The notes: a model not told the origin generated them from the sequence alone. A stretch of 64,000 bases of DNA from Candidatus Babeliales bacterium (GCA_963722255.1 CAVRJO010000002.1:288001-352000), one strand, 5' to 3'; counted from the first letter of the stretch, positions 1 through 10,374 are shown. Translations and numbers: made by a program.

Positions 1-213
1 AAGCTTTAAGCTTTTTTTAAATTTTTTTGAAGCTATTTGCTCTTCTAAGTCCATCATCTTTGAATTTAAATCTACCCAGTTCTTATATTTTGGATCAAAT
101 TCTTTTTCCTTTATTTGTTCACTATCAATTTGATTCGATGAATTTTCAGCTTGTGTGTTTAAAAAGTTGATTGCAAAAGTGAGTAATAACACTAAAGAAA
201 AATATTTTTTCAT
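1..213 (-). CDS. Partial putative exported protein (runs off window start)
   Basis: ATG at 213 reads MKKYFSLVLLLTFAINFLNTQA-ENSSNQ..., a signal-peptide-like N-terminus, open to the window edge. Confidence 0.65.
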   Translation of the reverse strand, partial: MKKYFSLVLLLTFAINFLNTQAENSSNQIDSEQIKEKEFDPKYKNWVDLNSKMMDLEEQIASKKFKKSLKL

Positions 214-296
214 AGGACACCATAATTCATTATTAAACACTTAGAATCTTATGCCAAGACACATTGAAATCAAATAGATTGCCTACATAAGAAACT

Positions 297-929
297 TTAA
301 ACATTTTTTTCCTTATCCTGTTTTTGCAGCGCATCTTTTTCATATTCCAGTAGCAAATCAAGCATTGCACATGCTCTGCGATAATCAGAAGTGTTAACAT
401 CGAATTCTTCCATTTTTTCTTTGAGAATATTTTTAGGGGTTTCAGACGGACGCACAGCTTTGTTGATATCTGGGTTGTAGACAAGCAAAACATTAAAAAC
501 ATCAATCAGCAAATGCCTTGATGCATATTGCAATAAGGTATCGGAAGTTACTGCAAAACTGCCCATTTGCAAAGACAACCCTTCTTGCATTTTCAATGTA
601 CCTTGAAGTCGAGAAGAAAAACACTCATTAACATGACTAGAATCTTCATCAAGCAACATTGCTACCATTTTAACATCATTTGCCTCAACGGCATTAGAAA
701 GAGAATGTATTTCAGGATTAACTCCTTTTTTGAGAGCAATTCTAACTAATTCTTCACAACCAGAAAGCGTCCATAAAGGAAAATTGCTTAGATCTCCGTG
801 AACTACTTTATAACTTTTAATAAATTTTTTGAATTCACTTTTAGTATATGGCGATTGGTTCATACAGAGTATTGAAAAACTGTATGTAATTAAGCTTAAT
901 GATAAAATTATTCTATTTTTGAAGAGCAT
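297..929 (-). CDS. Putative exported protein with degenerate ankyrin-like repeats
   Basis: Signal-like N-terminus (ILSLSLITYSFSILC-MNQ); motifs LSNAVEANDVKMVAMLL, TLLQYAS, NPDINK, ETP. Confidence 0.65.
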   Translation of the reverse strand: MLFKNRIILSLSLITYSFSILCMNQSPYTKSEFKKFIKSYKVVHGDLSNFPLWTLSGCEELVRIALKKGVNPEIHSLSNAVEANDVKMVAMLLDEDSSHVNECFSSRLQGTLKMQEGLSLQMGSFAVTSDTLLQYASRHLLIDVFNVLLVYNPDINKAVRPSETPKNILKEKMEEFDVNTSDYRRACAMLDLLLEYEKDALQKQDKEKNV

Positions 930-1112
930 AGCATTCCCTTTGGTAATATTGTGGATAAAATCTTGCATAAACAGTGTATTTTCTCTTTATTGAGATTGCA
1001 AACTATTTAATTGTTTTGGTGTATATACCTAACAATGTATAGTCACTGCCTATTTTAATTGGTAAACTTTACTAGAATAATAGTTATTACTTTCAATATG
1101 AGGATATTCATT

Positions 1113-1766
1113 ATGAAATTTTCACTCTTACAGATATTAATTTTTATGTTACCTTTTCAAACTTTTTCCATGAATAACGATACATTAAATATAATTCAAT
1201 TATCTACAATTGAAACAAAGGAATTGCTTTTGGGTGCATGTATTGAGAATACCGCATCTAATTTAGAACGGATATTGAATTCTGGTATTTCACCTGATAC
1301 AACTGTATATCCATTATTAGCGAAATGCTTAAGTAGCGGCAAAAAAGAACATATCAATTTGCTTTTAAACAGAGGAGCAACTGTTACCAAATCACACATT
1401 TTGAAATCAATTAATTTAAAAGATCTTGAATTATTTGGGCGCTTAATTCGCCAATGTAAAAATTTTAATTGCAATGAAAAACTATTACCCCATAATAATG
1501 AAACACTTTTACATGAAGCTAGCCGCAATGGATCTTCTGAGATAGTTGAAAAGCTCATTTCGCTCGGCGCTGATTTGGAAGCAGAAGATGATTTCGGGTA
1601 TACACCTCTCTTTACTGCCGTTGCACATAAAAATATACCCGTAATTAAAACGCTCTATACTAAGGGTGCAAATATACATAAAAAAATTAAATCAGGAGAA
1701 ACTGCTCTTTCTAGACTTCAAACAACCCTACCAGAACTTGCAGAAGAAATATTAATAGAAAAGTAA
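1113..1766 (+). CDS. Exported ankyrin repeat protein
   Basis: ETLLHEASRNG, GYTPLFTAV, GANIH; signal peptide; start placed at the ATG after AGGA. Confidence 0.85.
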   Translation: MKFSLLQILIFMLPFQTFSMNNDTLNIIQLSTIETKELLLGACIENTASNLERILNSGISPDTTVYPLLAKCLSSGKKEHINLLLNRGATVTKSHILKSINLKDLELFGRLIRQCKNFNCNEKLLPHNNETLLHEASRNGSSEIVEKLISLGADLEAEDDFGYTPLFTAVAHKNIPVIKTLYTKGANIHKKIKSGETALSRLQTTLPELAEEILIEK

Positions 1767-1789
1767 AATTCCAACAAAAAGTTATTTTT

Positions 1790-2542
1790 ATGATGAAACA
1801 TATGATACTAATTCTTCCACTAATAGTGCTCTTAAATATCAATGCATTGATTTATACCATGAATAAAGATAACCAAACTATTAATCTTACGCAGTGCAAT
1901 AATCCAGCAAAGCTCTACACAAATGCTGACGTTTTATATAATTTTTGTAAAGTTGAGAATTTAGACCTATTGAAGTATGCATTAAATCACGGACTGTCTC
2001 CCAATACTGCACTTTTTCCCTTGTTAAAAACCACACTATCCAATGGCGCAATCGAATCTGCAAAGGAATTAATAAAAAGAGGAGCTTATGTTAGTTCTTC
2101 ACATATTCGTCAATCAATATCGTTATGCGATAATGAATTATTCAATAGCATATTCTCTGCTTGTGAAGATTTTGATATTGAGGAAGAAAAAGAAGAGTAC
2201 TGGCATACCTTATTACATGAAGCAGCAGCTAAAGGAACTCCCGAAATGGTCGAAAAATTCATCGAATTAGATTTTAATATCGAAGCACAAGATCGTCGTA
2301 ATCGTACACCATTATTTGTAGCAGTGAAAGCGGGTAATATCCAAAAAATTAGAGTATTAATCGCCAAAGGCGCTAACCTTCATGCAGAAAATAAATCCGG
2401 TAAAACTATTTTAATGCTTGCCCAAAAATCACCGATAGCTGCAAAAAATATTAAGGTACGTATGCAAGGTCTATCCTATCTTAGTTGTGGTAAACAGTTG
2501 CATGTTGAAATAACTGACTATATTGCTAGTTTTTATAAGTAA
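1790..2542 (+). CDS. Exported ankyrin repeat protein, tandem paralogue of 1113..1766
   Basis: TLLHEAAAKG, RTPLFVAV, GANLH; co-linear similarity to the upstream gene; C-terminal LHVEITDYIASF. Confidence 0.85.
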   Translation: MMKHMILILPLIVLLNINALIYTMNKDNQTINLTQCNNPAKLYTNADVLYNFCKVENLDLLKYALNHGLSPNTALFPLLKTTLSNGAIESAKELIKRGAYVSSSHIRQSISLCDNELFNSIFSACEDFDIEEEKEEYWHTLLHEAAAKGTPEMVEKFIELDFNIEAQDRRNRTPLFVAVKAGNIQKIRVLIAKGANLHAENKSGKTILMLAQKSPIAAKNIKVRMQGLSYLSCGKQLHVEITDYIASFYK

Positions 2543-2618
2543 AATTCGCTAAAATCACGATCTGTACATATCAAAGGTAAAGTAAAAATTATCTTAATTT
2601 TCATTATGAAGGAAAAAG

Positions 2619-3593
2619 TTGCTTTTTAGCTTACGGCTTTTTTGTATTATAATTTTTTTGGTCCTTACAAATTGGTTCACTATTTCAATCTCTGGAGAAA
2701 ATCAAGCATATAAACGTGAAATCGCTCAGCGTGCGGATGGCTCATCAATTGTTTATTATTTACAGCTTCCAATTAATACAGATCAAAAATATCCAATGGT
2801 TGTACTTTGTGACGGTTCATATGAACCATTCGGAACAATTCAAAATGTATTGCCGCTCCATGATTTTTTTGCACAACTTCTTGAATCATGCAATGTTGGT
2901 TTACTAACCGTTGAAAAATGGGGAGTTGATGGGAATCATGTTGATAAATCACTATTTCACAGTCACAATACACGCTCGCAACGAACTCAAGATCATCTTG
3001 ATCTACTACAATTACTTGATCAAAAACATATACCCGGATGGAATGGAAAATATGTAGTAATTGGAGGCTCTGAAGGAGGCGATGTTATCACCAGACTTAT
3101 GCTAGCGCGCGCAGAATCTATTATCGCTGCTATTAACTAAGCAGGCATTGGTGCTTGGGGTTGGCAAGATCAGATATGGGCATATATTCAACACATGCGG
3201 AAGCATGGTTCATTAATGATGAAATTATATATATGGTGGAAAAGATTACCCAAAACGCGTCAAGAATATGATCAGGTTTTTGCGCAAATCTTAAAAAATC
3301 CGACCCATACAAAATGGTGGTTTGGACAAACATATAAATATTGGGCCGATGCATTTTTACACAACATTATGGACGATTTTTATGCGCTTAAGATCCCTTT
3401 GTTAATCATTATGGGAACGAGTGATCCCGGCCTTAAATCATGTGATGAGTTAATTGACCAAGCCTCAAAACACGATATGCCCATAACTTATTGGCGCATT
3501 GAGGGTATGAACCACACTATTAGCAAAGATCGACCTGATATTTTCCCCAAGTCTATAGAATGGTTACATAAAATTTTGAGCAAGAAAACTTAG
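2619..3593 (+). pseudogene. Alpha/beta hydrolase interrupted by an in-frame stop
   Basis: GGSEGG nucleophile motif in 2619..3140; the same frame continues after TAA 3138-3140 (AGIGAWGW...) into 3195..3593 with GTSD and GMNH. Confidence 0.75.
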
Positions 3594-3743
3594 GAATCTT
3601 ATTTTTATACAATAATACTTAATGGCTTTAAATCTAATATTCAAACAAATACAAAAAGAAATATTATTGACATTTTATTAAGCTTTGTTATTATTTATAA
3701 TAATTGAAATATTTCAATATTTTTTAATAATAAGAAATCTATT

Positions 3744-4127
3744 ATGAAGATTCATAACAAAATTCTATTAATAATACCACTAATTATTGGCTTAGGTTTA
3801 GTTGGAAATAGCAATGGGATGCGCATCAAAGAGAAATTGTCTACATGGGATCCTGCAACCCGCCATCCTTATGCTCAACCCATAACAACTGATAAAGGTA
3901 ATGGATATACATGGAAAATCCGAGAAACTTACAGAATTTGGGGCATAGGTGTATATACAGAGAAGGTGCTTTATCAACAAGTAAGAGGCAGCTATAATTA
4001 TCCCTATCCGCCAGAAGAACTAGAAAGATCTGATTTTACACTATGCAAAAAGATAAAAGCTCTTTTAGGCGGCGCTGCACTCTTAACAGCTGGTGGGCTT
4101 TGGTATTGGTGGAAACATAAAAATTAG
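3744..4127 (+). CDS. Small exported protein with C-terminal membrane anchor
   Basis: Signal peptide, C-terminal ALLGGAALLTAGGLWYWWKHKN; degraded second copy at 6966..8200. Confidence 0.75.
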   Translation: MKIHNKILLIIPLIIGLGLVGNSNGMRIKEKLSTWDPATRHPYAQPITTDKGNGYTWKIRETYRIWGIGVYTEKVLYQQVRGSYNYPYPPEELERSDFTLCKKIKALLGGAALLTAGGLWYWWKHKN

Positions 4128-4180
4128 CTTATTTATTAAATGTATACAATTTTGTTGTACAAATACTCTGGAGGTTTTCT

Positions 4181-4951
4181 ATGAATAAATTATCAAAGCT
4201 TTTCCTATTTTTTCTAACAATGCTTTCCTGGAGTTGTGGATCTATAAATTCCGCTACCATCACCACTACCTCAACCGATGAAGCAACAGGAGTTAAGACC
4301 TACATAACAACCTATCCATTTTCAGCTAAAAAAGGCTTGGTCAGAATAAAAAATAGTATTCGTTGGAAAGGCGGATTATACCCCGGCTGTTTATACCCAG
4401 ATGATTGTCAAAATATTACGTTAACTGTTGAACGACATTCTTCAAATCAGGTTATTGTTAAAGCATTTCTTAACAAAGCTTTAGTCGAGCTGCTTGATGA
4501 AGGCGAAGATAAGAGTAACAGACGTCCATGGCACAAGCTTCACACACCCAACAACTGGTATAAAGAAAATGGCTTCATTTGGGTGCCATGGTTCGATGAC
4601 ACTATAGAGGATATGAAAAATCTTTTTAAAGCAAAAAGATGGGATACGATGCGAGGAGACAACAGATTACAACTTACACTGAATGAACCTGGCCATTATC
4701 ATATTATTGTCCCGCTTGATGCCGATGTAGAAGTTGATTTTTCAGAGGGGGATATTAACTATATAACACCGCCCTGGCAAGCCCGAACCCATCTTTCAAT
4801 AGAAAGTAGCACGGTGAATCACGGTGGAGATTCCGGGTGTTCTTTGCCGGCAGAACCAAAACAATCTTGGACATATTATTGGGGAAATCAATCTGACCCG
4901 TTAACAAAATTAATAACTCAAAAAGGGCATATTAATGTGCCTAATCCTTAA
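4181..4951 (+). CDS. Hypothetical exported protein
   Basis: 256-aa ORF, GGAGG RBS, signal-like N-terminus. Confidence 0.7.
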   Translation: MNKLSKLFLFFLTMLSWSCGSINSATITTTSTDEATGVKTYITTYPFSAKKGLVRIKNSIRWKGGLYPGCLYPDDCQNITLTVERHSSNQVIVKAFLNKALVELLDEGEDKSNRRPWHKLHTPNNWYKENGFIWVPWFDDTIEDMKNLFKAKRWDTMRGDNRLQLTLNEPGHYHIIVPLDADVEVDFSEGDINYITPPWQARTHLSIESSTVNHGGDSGCSLPAEPKQSWTYYWGNQSDPLTKLITQKGHINVPNP

Positions 4952-4975
4952 AAAGGTCAAAGCAATTTTGTAAAA

Positions 4976-6220
4976 TTATGTAATATCTTCCCACAATGCA
5001 TTAATCGGAAGCGCAAAAAGATCTTTTTCAAAAGGAATATATTGTGATCCAGTATAAAGAACAATTCCTTTGATAAAATTATCTTTTGCCTTTTCTCGTA
5101 AATATCTAAGTCCTTTAAAATCGCTTGGATTAACCGTTGTGCTATTTTTGATTTCAATACCAACAATATTGCCAGAACGATCCTCTAAAACAATATCAAC
5201 TTCTTCACCACTGGATGTTCTAAAATGATACATTTGAACGTGTAGTTTACTCCATGTTGATTGTTTTTGAAGTTCATTCATTACAAAATTTTCCATTATT
5301 TTTCCTGTATGAAGATTATCATCTAATAATTTTTCTAATGAAACATCAAGAAGATAGGCTAATAACCCGGAATCTACCAGATATAATTTTGGAGCTTTAG
5401 TAATTCTTGATGTTGCATTATTGCTCCATGTTTGTTTAAGATTCACCATAAAAATTGTTTCTAGAAGTGCAATATAGCGATGCACTGTTTTTGCTGAAAT
5501 CTTGCTATCTCGAGCTACTTCAGCAACATTAAGAAGATTGGATGCTCGCACTGCTAAAATTTTCAAAAGATTAGGCAACTCAGTTATTTTTTCAATCTGT
5601 GCTAAATCTTTAATATCTCTTTGCAAAATCAAATTTAAATAATTGCGCATCCAGGCTTCCTGATCTTCCACAGTAAGATTTTGAACCGATGGATATCCTC
5701 CCATTATTACCCGGGTATATAATGCTTTTTTCGTTAAACTTTTTTGAGGTGATTTTAATTGCTTCTTACCAAAAATTGTATCAATAAATTGCTCTTCATG
5801 ATTATAAATTTCTCCCTGAGATAAGGGCATTAAATTAATAACTTCCATTCTTCCTGCTAGTGAGTCTCCTAATCTCGGTATTAATAAAGGATTGGCTGAT
5901 CCGGTTAATAAATACCTCCCGGCGACTCGATTGTTATCTACATCTCTTTTGATTGCTAAAAAAATTTCAGGAACACGCTGAACTTCATCAATAATTAATG
6001 GCTTATTTATTGTAGAAAGAAAATCGGTACTATTACTTTTTGCTGCTAAATAGGTTATTTCATCATCAAAGGTTACATAGGTATAATTGTTTTCCTTCAT
6101 AAACTCTAAGGCAAGCGTTGTTTTACCAATTTGCCGTGCTCCGTTAAGTAATACTACCGGACTTCTTTTTAAAGCCTTTGTTAATAAAGGTTTTATATAT
6201 CTTTTAAACATCTTTTTCAC
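4976..6220 (-). CDS. AAA_14 ATPase with DUF4143 domain
   Basis: GARQIGKT Walker A, IIDEVQ Walker B, LTGS, LAGR, YLVDSG, C-terminal EVD...EIK. Confidence 0.9.
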   Translation of the reverse strand: MKKMFKRYIKPLLTKALKRSPVVLLNGARQIGKTTLALEFMKENNYTYVTFDDEITYLAAKSNSTDFLSTINKPLIIDEVQRVPEIFLAIKRDVDNNRVAGRYLLTGSANPLLIPRLGDSLAGRMEVINLMPLSQGEIYNHEEQFIDTIFGKKQLKSPQKSLTKKALYTRVIMGGYPSVQNLTVEDQEAWMRNYLNLILQRDIKDLAQIEKITELPNLLKILAVRASNLLNVAEVARDSKISAKTVHRYIALLETIFMVNLKQTWSNNATSRITKAPKLYLVDSGLLAYLLDVSLEKLLDDNLHTGKIMENFVMNELQKQSTWSKLHVQMYHFRTSSGEEVDIVLEDRSGNIVGIEIKNSTTVNPSDFKGLRYLREKAKDNFIKGIVLYTGSQYIPFEKDLFALPINALWEDIT

Positions 6221-6227
6221 CTAACTT

Positions 6228-6284
6228 TTGTAAAATCTGCCAGCAACTGTCATAAATTATGACAGCAACTGACATTTTTTACAA
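6228..6284. promoter_or_regulatory. Imperfect palindrome/direct repeat between the divergent ATPase and antitoxin genes
   Basis: TTGTAAAA...CTGTCATAA-A-TTATGACAG...TTTTACAA with CAGCAACTG repeated twice. Confidence 0.35.
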
Positions 6285-6408
6285 GATATTTAAAAGTGTT
6301 ATATCTTTTTGATGCAAGAAAGGTTATCGAAGCATAAATAAATAATATTATAATTCAGACAATAGTTATTATATTATGTTATAATGAGAATCAAGGAGTA
6401 TATATTTT

Positions 6409-6702
6409 ATGAAAAAAATAAATGTAACATTTTCGATTTCAGTAGAAACAAATGAGCTTTTGCACACTTTAGTTGGAAGAAAAAAATTAAGCGCTTTTGT
6501 TTCTTCTGTTTTACAGAAAGCCCTTGAAGAAAAAGCTAATGCCTTAAAAAGAGCCTATGCGGAAGCTGAAACAGATCCCAATCGTATTGCATGCATTGAT
6601 GATTGGCTTCCTACAGATACAGAGAGTTGGGAATGTAACAATTTCCAAGAAGAGGCGAAATTTATTGGGTTAACCTTGATCCAACAACAGGTAGTGAAAT
6701 AA
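6409..6702 (+). CDS. Putative antitoxin (RHH-like) of a MazEF-type module; natural stop probably at 6634-6636
   Basis: AAGGAG RBS, MKKINVTFSI beta strand, acidic Trp-containing tail DDWLPTDTESWE, directly upstream of a mazF-like frame. Confidence 0.7.
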   Translation: MKKINVTFSISVETNELLHTLVGRKKLSAFVSSVLQKALEEKANALKRAYAEAETDPNRIACIDDWLPTDTESWECNNFQEEAKFIGLTLIQQQVVK

Positions 6703-6968
6703 CAAAAACACGACCTGCTGTTATTATTTCTAATAATGTCGGCAATGAAATTTCAAGTAGAGTCATTGTTGCCCCAATCACAAGCAGCATTAAAAAAATA
6801 CTTCCTTTTGAAGTTGCAATAACTATTAAAGATAAAAAAGGCAAGGTTCTCTTGGATCAAATAAGAACTATTGATAAAATTAGACTCGGCACTAAAATTA
6901 GCACCTGCGATAAATCTACAATGCATGCTATAATTGATGCCTTAAAAATTGTCCTTGAGATTGATTAA
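6633..6968 (+). pseudogene. mazF: MazF/PemK toxin with a stop at codon 2 (missing from the ORF track)
   Basis: ATG TAA, then QFPRRGEIYWVNLDPTTGSEITKTRPAVIIS...VAPITS...LLDQIRTIDKIRL to TAA 6966-6968. Confidence 0.85.
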
Positions 6969-7213
6969 TATTCAAACAAATACAAAAAGAAATTGTCTAC
7001 ATGGAATCCTGCAATCCACCATCCGTATGCTCAACCCATAAAAACTGATAAAGGTAATGGATATACATGGAAAATCCGAGAAACTTACAGAATTTGGGGC
7101 ATAGGTATTTATACAGAGAAGGTGCTTTATCAACAAATAAAAGACAGCTATAATTATCCCTATCCACCAGAAGAACTAGAAAGATCTGATTTTACACTAT
7201 GCAAAAAGATTAA

Positions 7214-8137
7214 GAGCCTGTCTGAAAACTCAAGGCAGTTGAAAAAATAAATAAAAAAAAATAAAATCCCTCTTGTTGTTACTACACAAACAAAGAAGGA
7301 TTTTTTCATATGAAGCATTTAAATTACGAAGAAATTATACCATCAAAATATGTCATATCTAAAGAACTTTTACAAGAATTTCATAATTTTATTGCAGTCT
7401 ATATGCCACCAAGTAAAATAGGTCGACCACGTTCAGATAATGATCCATTAATAGCAGGAATATATTATTTACTCAAGACAGGATGTCAGTGGGATGCGCT
7501 GCCCAAATGCTTTGGTCCAGCAAAAACCGTTTATCACAGATTTAGAGAACTAGTTAAAGCAAATGCTTTTCAAAAAATTTGGAAATCAATTTTAATGCAC
7601 TATGATCGAACAAAAGGACTTCGTCTTGAAAATCAATCTATAGATTCATGCCATAAAAAAGCGCCTCTTGGAGGAGACAAAACGGGAATTAGCCCTGTTG
7701 ATAGAAGAAAATTGGGCTCCAAATTAAATCTTGTTGTTGAAGAATTGGGACTTCCTCTTAGCGCTACCGTTGCGGGTGGAAATCGACATGACACGCAATT
7801 ATTTGTTCCTCTTATTGATAATTTACAGTATCAAATCCCACAATCAAGAAATCATTATCTTCGCACTGACAAGGGCTTCGTATCTAAAAAAAATAAGGAA
7901 GAAGCTATTAAACGAAACTTTACGCCGGTAATGCCATTAAAAAAACCCAAAAATAAACCTCGAGTTACAACAAATAAAGATCCAATACGGTGGGTTGTTG
8001 AAAGAACATTTTCTTGGATGAATCGATTCAGACGCGTTTTCATTCGTTATGACAAGCTATCTAAAAACTTTCTTGGGCTAGTTCAATTTGCTTGTCTAGT
8101 CATCGTTTTCAGAAAAATTTAGTTTTCAGACAGGCTC
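7214..8137 (+). mobile_element. IS5 family element (IS1031-like)
   Basis: Perfect 17-bp IR GAGCCTGTCTGAAAACT; TAA target duplication at 7211-7213 and 8138-8140. Confidence 0.9.
7310..8122 (+). CDS. IS5 family transposase
   Basis: GRP, TGCQWDALP, SIDS, TDKGF, RWVVERTFSW, RYDK motifs. Confidence 0.92.
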   Translation: MKHLNYEEIIPSKYVISKELLQEFHNFIAVYMPPSKIGRPRSDNDPLIAGIYYLLKTGCQWDALPKCFGPAKTVYHRFRELVKANAFQKIWKSILMHYDRTKGLRLENQSIDSCHKKAPLGGDKTGISPVDRRKLGSKLNLVVEELGLPLSATVAGGNRHDTQLFVPLIDNLQYQIPQSRNHYLRTDKGFVSKKNKEEAIKRNFTPVMPLKKPKNKPRVTTNKDPIRWVVERTFSWMNRFRRVFIRYDKLSKNFLGLVQFACLVIVFRKI

Positions 8138-8354
8138 TAAAGCTCTTTTAGGCGACGCCGCACTCTTAACAGCTGGTGGGCTTTGGTATTGGTGGAAACA
8201 TAAAAATTAGCGTATTTATAGAAATAAAGTATTGAATTGCAACAAACTATATTTGCTACGCAATAAAACAAATTGACAAAATTGCATTTTTAGTCTATTA
8301 TTTTTTTAGATAGAAATGCTGTTTTAAATAAATATTAACAAATGGAATATTATT

Positions 8355-9119
8355 ATGAATACACTAAAAAAACTACTCTACTTTTCAACCTTACTATCAA
8401 TCTCGATAGCTTCAGCTGAAATCATTACCCCAGTTGCAGAACTTAAAAACCCTCTTTGTATCTTCGATGTCGGCAGAGTTTTGGTACACCAAAGTCAACT
8501 TTCAAACACACCTGCGTACTTAAACATTATTAGCGAATCAAACAACAAAACATCACTTATAAAGCCCAGCCTTTGGTGTATGTTTAACCTTGCTAAGCTC
8601 AGAACTATAAACCTTACAGGCCCTGAAGATGCTGTTGTAGATTATATTGCACAAAAATTCCCAGCTTTGAATCAAAAAACGAAATCAAATACTACCATAG
8701 CTGAACGAGCAAAAGAAGTTTTATGCACTGCAACCCCAATCAAAGAAACACAAAAAATCGTTGCAGATCTTATTGAAAAAGGGTATCCGGTTGCTCTCGG
8801 CTCTAATAAAGGTAAAAATACCATTGCTCGTATGATTAAATCTGGAGCTCTTGCTGATCTTGATTACGCATTGATTTTCACCTGTGATTCACATGATGAT
8901 GCAGCTCAAGGAATTTTCTATAAAAAGCCCGATGCGCGTTATTACGAAAATCTTAAAAAAGATTTATATAAACAAGGCTTTGTTGATCACTCATTTATTT
9001 TTATTGATAATGATCGTGCAAATGTCGAAGCTGCATGCAAAGCAGGAATGACCGGTATTTTCTATACAACACCTGAAGAACTGATTGCTGATTTACAACA
9101 ACTTGGTATTAAATTTTAA
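8355..9119 (+). CDS. HAD-superfamily hydrolase with signal peptide
   Basis: IFDVGRVL motif I, LGSN, KKPD, FIDND; N-terminal ...SIASA signal. Confidence 0.8.
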   Translation: MNTLKKLLYFSTLLSISIASAEIITPVAELKNPLCIFDVGRVLVHQSQLSNTPAYLNIISESNNKTSLIKPSLWCMFNLAKLRTINLTGPEDAVVDYIAQKFPALNQKTKSNTTIAERAKEVLCTATPIKETQKIVADLIEKGYPVALGSNKGKNTIARMIKSGALADLDYALIFTCDSHDDAAQGIFYKKPDARYYENLKKDLYKQGFVDHSFIFIDNDRANVEAACKAGMTGIFYTTPEELIADLQQLGIKF

Positions 9120-9142
9120 AGTATAAACATTATTGAATATTG

Positions 9143-9178
9143 AATAAGCCCATAAGAATCTTATGGGCTTATTTTTTT
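9143..9178 (+). terminator. Rho-independent terminator
   Basis: AATAAGCCCATAAG-AAT-CTTATGGGCTTATT followed by a T run. Confidence 0.8.
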
Positions 9179-9190
9179 GCATAATTCCTT

Positions 9191-9300
9191 CTGCTATTTT
9201 CGAAAACATCAAAAAACGAAAATAGCGGCGTTTCTTATTAGCGCAGGTGAAAATAAGGAATCATGCTATTATCGATTTTGGGGCAAAATGAAAATAGCAG
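9191..9300. repeat. Two related hairpin units, 72-bp period
   Basis: CTGCTATTTTCG...CGAAAATAGCGG and ATGCTATTATCG...TGAAAATAGCAG. Confidence 0.4.
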
Positions 9301-9317
9301 GTTTGTTGGCGAAAATA

Positions 9318-9947
9318 TTATTTTGGTTGATAGGTATCAATTAAAGCTTGTATCTTCTGCCATATAGTTAAAGCAAATTTGCCTTCAGCATCAAGCCCAA
9401 CTTGTGAACTCTTTTCCACTTCTAAACGATCTAATGATTCTTGAGCAAATTTTCTCATTGTTGCATGCGAGCCAATAGTCAAAACTCCTTGATCAACGGA
9501 AACCTGTTTTTGAACTAAAAGTTCTATGCATTCATATAACCGGTTAAGGGCATTGATTATGTTATCAATATTTTCTTCAAGACGCGTACGAGCTAAATAC
9601 CCTTCTATTATGAGTGCATAAGGAGAAAGTTGCTTCTGATCGGAAATAACGTGAGAAACATTAACAACTTGATCTAACGCATAAGGATTAACGCCGGCAT
9701 CTAAACTTTCTTTAATTATTTGTGTATCAAGCTTCCACAATCCCCAGGCAAATCTTTTTTCTAAGGTTTTTGGGGCAGAGTTTGGCATATCGTGAAGATC
9801 TAGTTTTGAGATAATTACAGATTCAGAAGTTTCAATCGGCGATTTAGTTTCATCAGTTGATAGCCGGCATCCTATAAAGGTAGATAAAAAAATAAAAATG
9901 AAACAATAAAAATTAAAGTACCATAGAATTTTAGTTACATTTTTCAT
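9318..9947 (-). CDS. Hypothetical lipoprotein-like protein
   Basis: Hydrophobic N-terminus ending FIG-C; AGGA upstream. Confidence 0.65.
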   Translation of the reverse strand: MKNVTKILWYFNFYCFIFIFLSTFIGCRLSTDETKSPIETSESVIISKLDLHDMPNSAPKTLEKRFAWGLWKLDTQIIKESLDAGVNPYALDQVVNVSHVISDQKQLSPYALIIEGYLARTRLEENIDNIINALNRLYECIELLVQKQVSVDQGVLTIGSHATMRKFAQESLDRLEVEKSSQVGLDAEGKFALTIWQKIQALIDTYQPK

Positions 9948-10374
9948 AACGATTCCTTAATAACTTACATATACATTTTCGATTGTTGTTATGTTGCAAT
10001 CATTATTATCTATTAAATCAAATATTTTATAATGCATAACTATTCCTTTTAGTAACTGTTTTATTTTCGATAATATAGCATTAAATCAATATACTGAAAA
10101 TAGCGCACTACTCATAATTGACAAAATATACCTTCTATGAAACAGTAATGATCGTTATTCTAAACCATTATTCGTCTATAATGAGTTATTTTGAAAGAAT
10201 TTTTAACATGATAACAATCCTCAAACAAACATTATTCATAGGTACAATTATTTGCAATGCATCGCATTACGTAGTTAGGGAATTATAAATTGTAAAAAAG
10301 CATTATTATGTTTATATTAAGCCAATCAATAGACATATTGCTTATTTCGCTATTTATTACAGGGTACATAAAGC

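Larger units (their letters stand above)
6966..8200 (+). pseudogene. Degraded duplicate of 3635..4136 (5' deletion plus IS5 insertion)
   Basis: TAATATTCAAACAAATACAAAAAGAAA matches 3635-3661, then jumps to the equivalent of about 3833; near-identical to 3833..4054, resumes after the IS at 8141. Confidence 0.85.

Noticed and set aside
2619..6968. Stop-codon reassignment (TAA read-through) suggested by in-frame TAA at 3138 and 6636
   Set aside because: TAA terminates many intact genes in the window; the two cases are isolated
9184..9317. CRISPR mini-array
   Set aside because: Only two degenerate units, no unique spacer series and no cas genes
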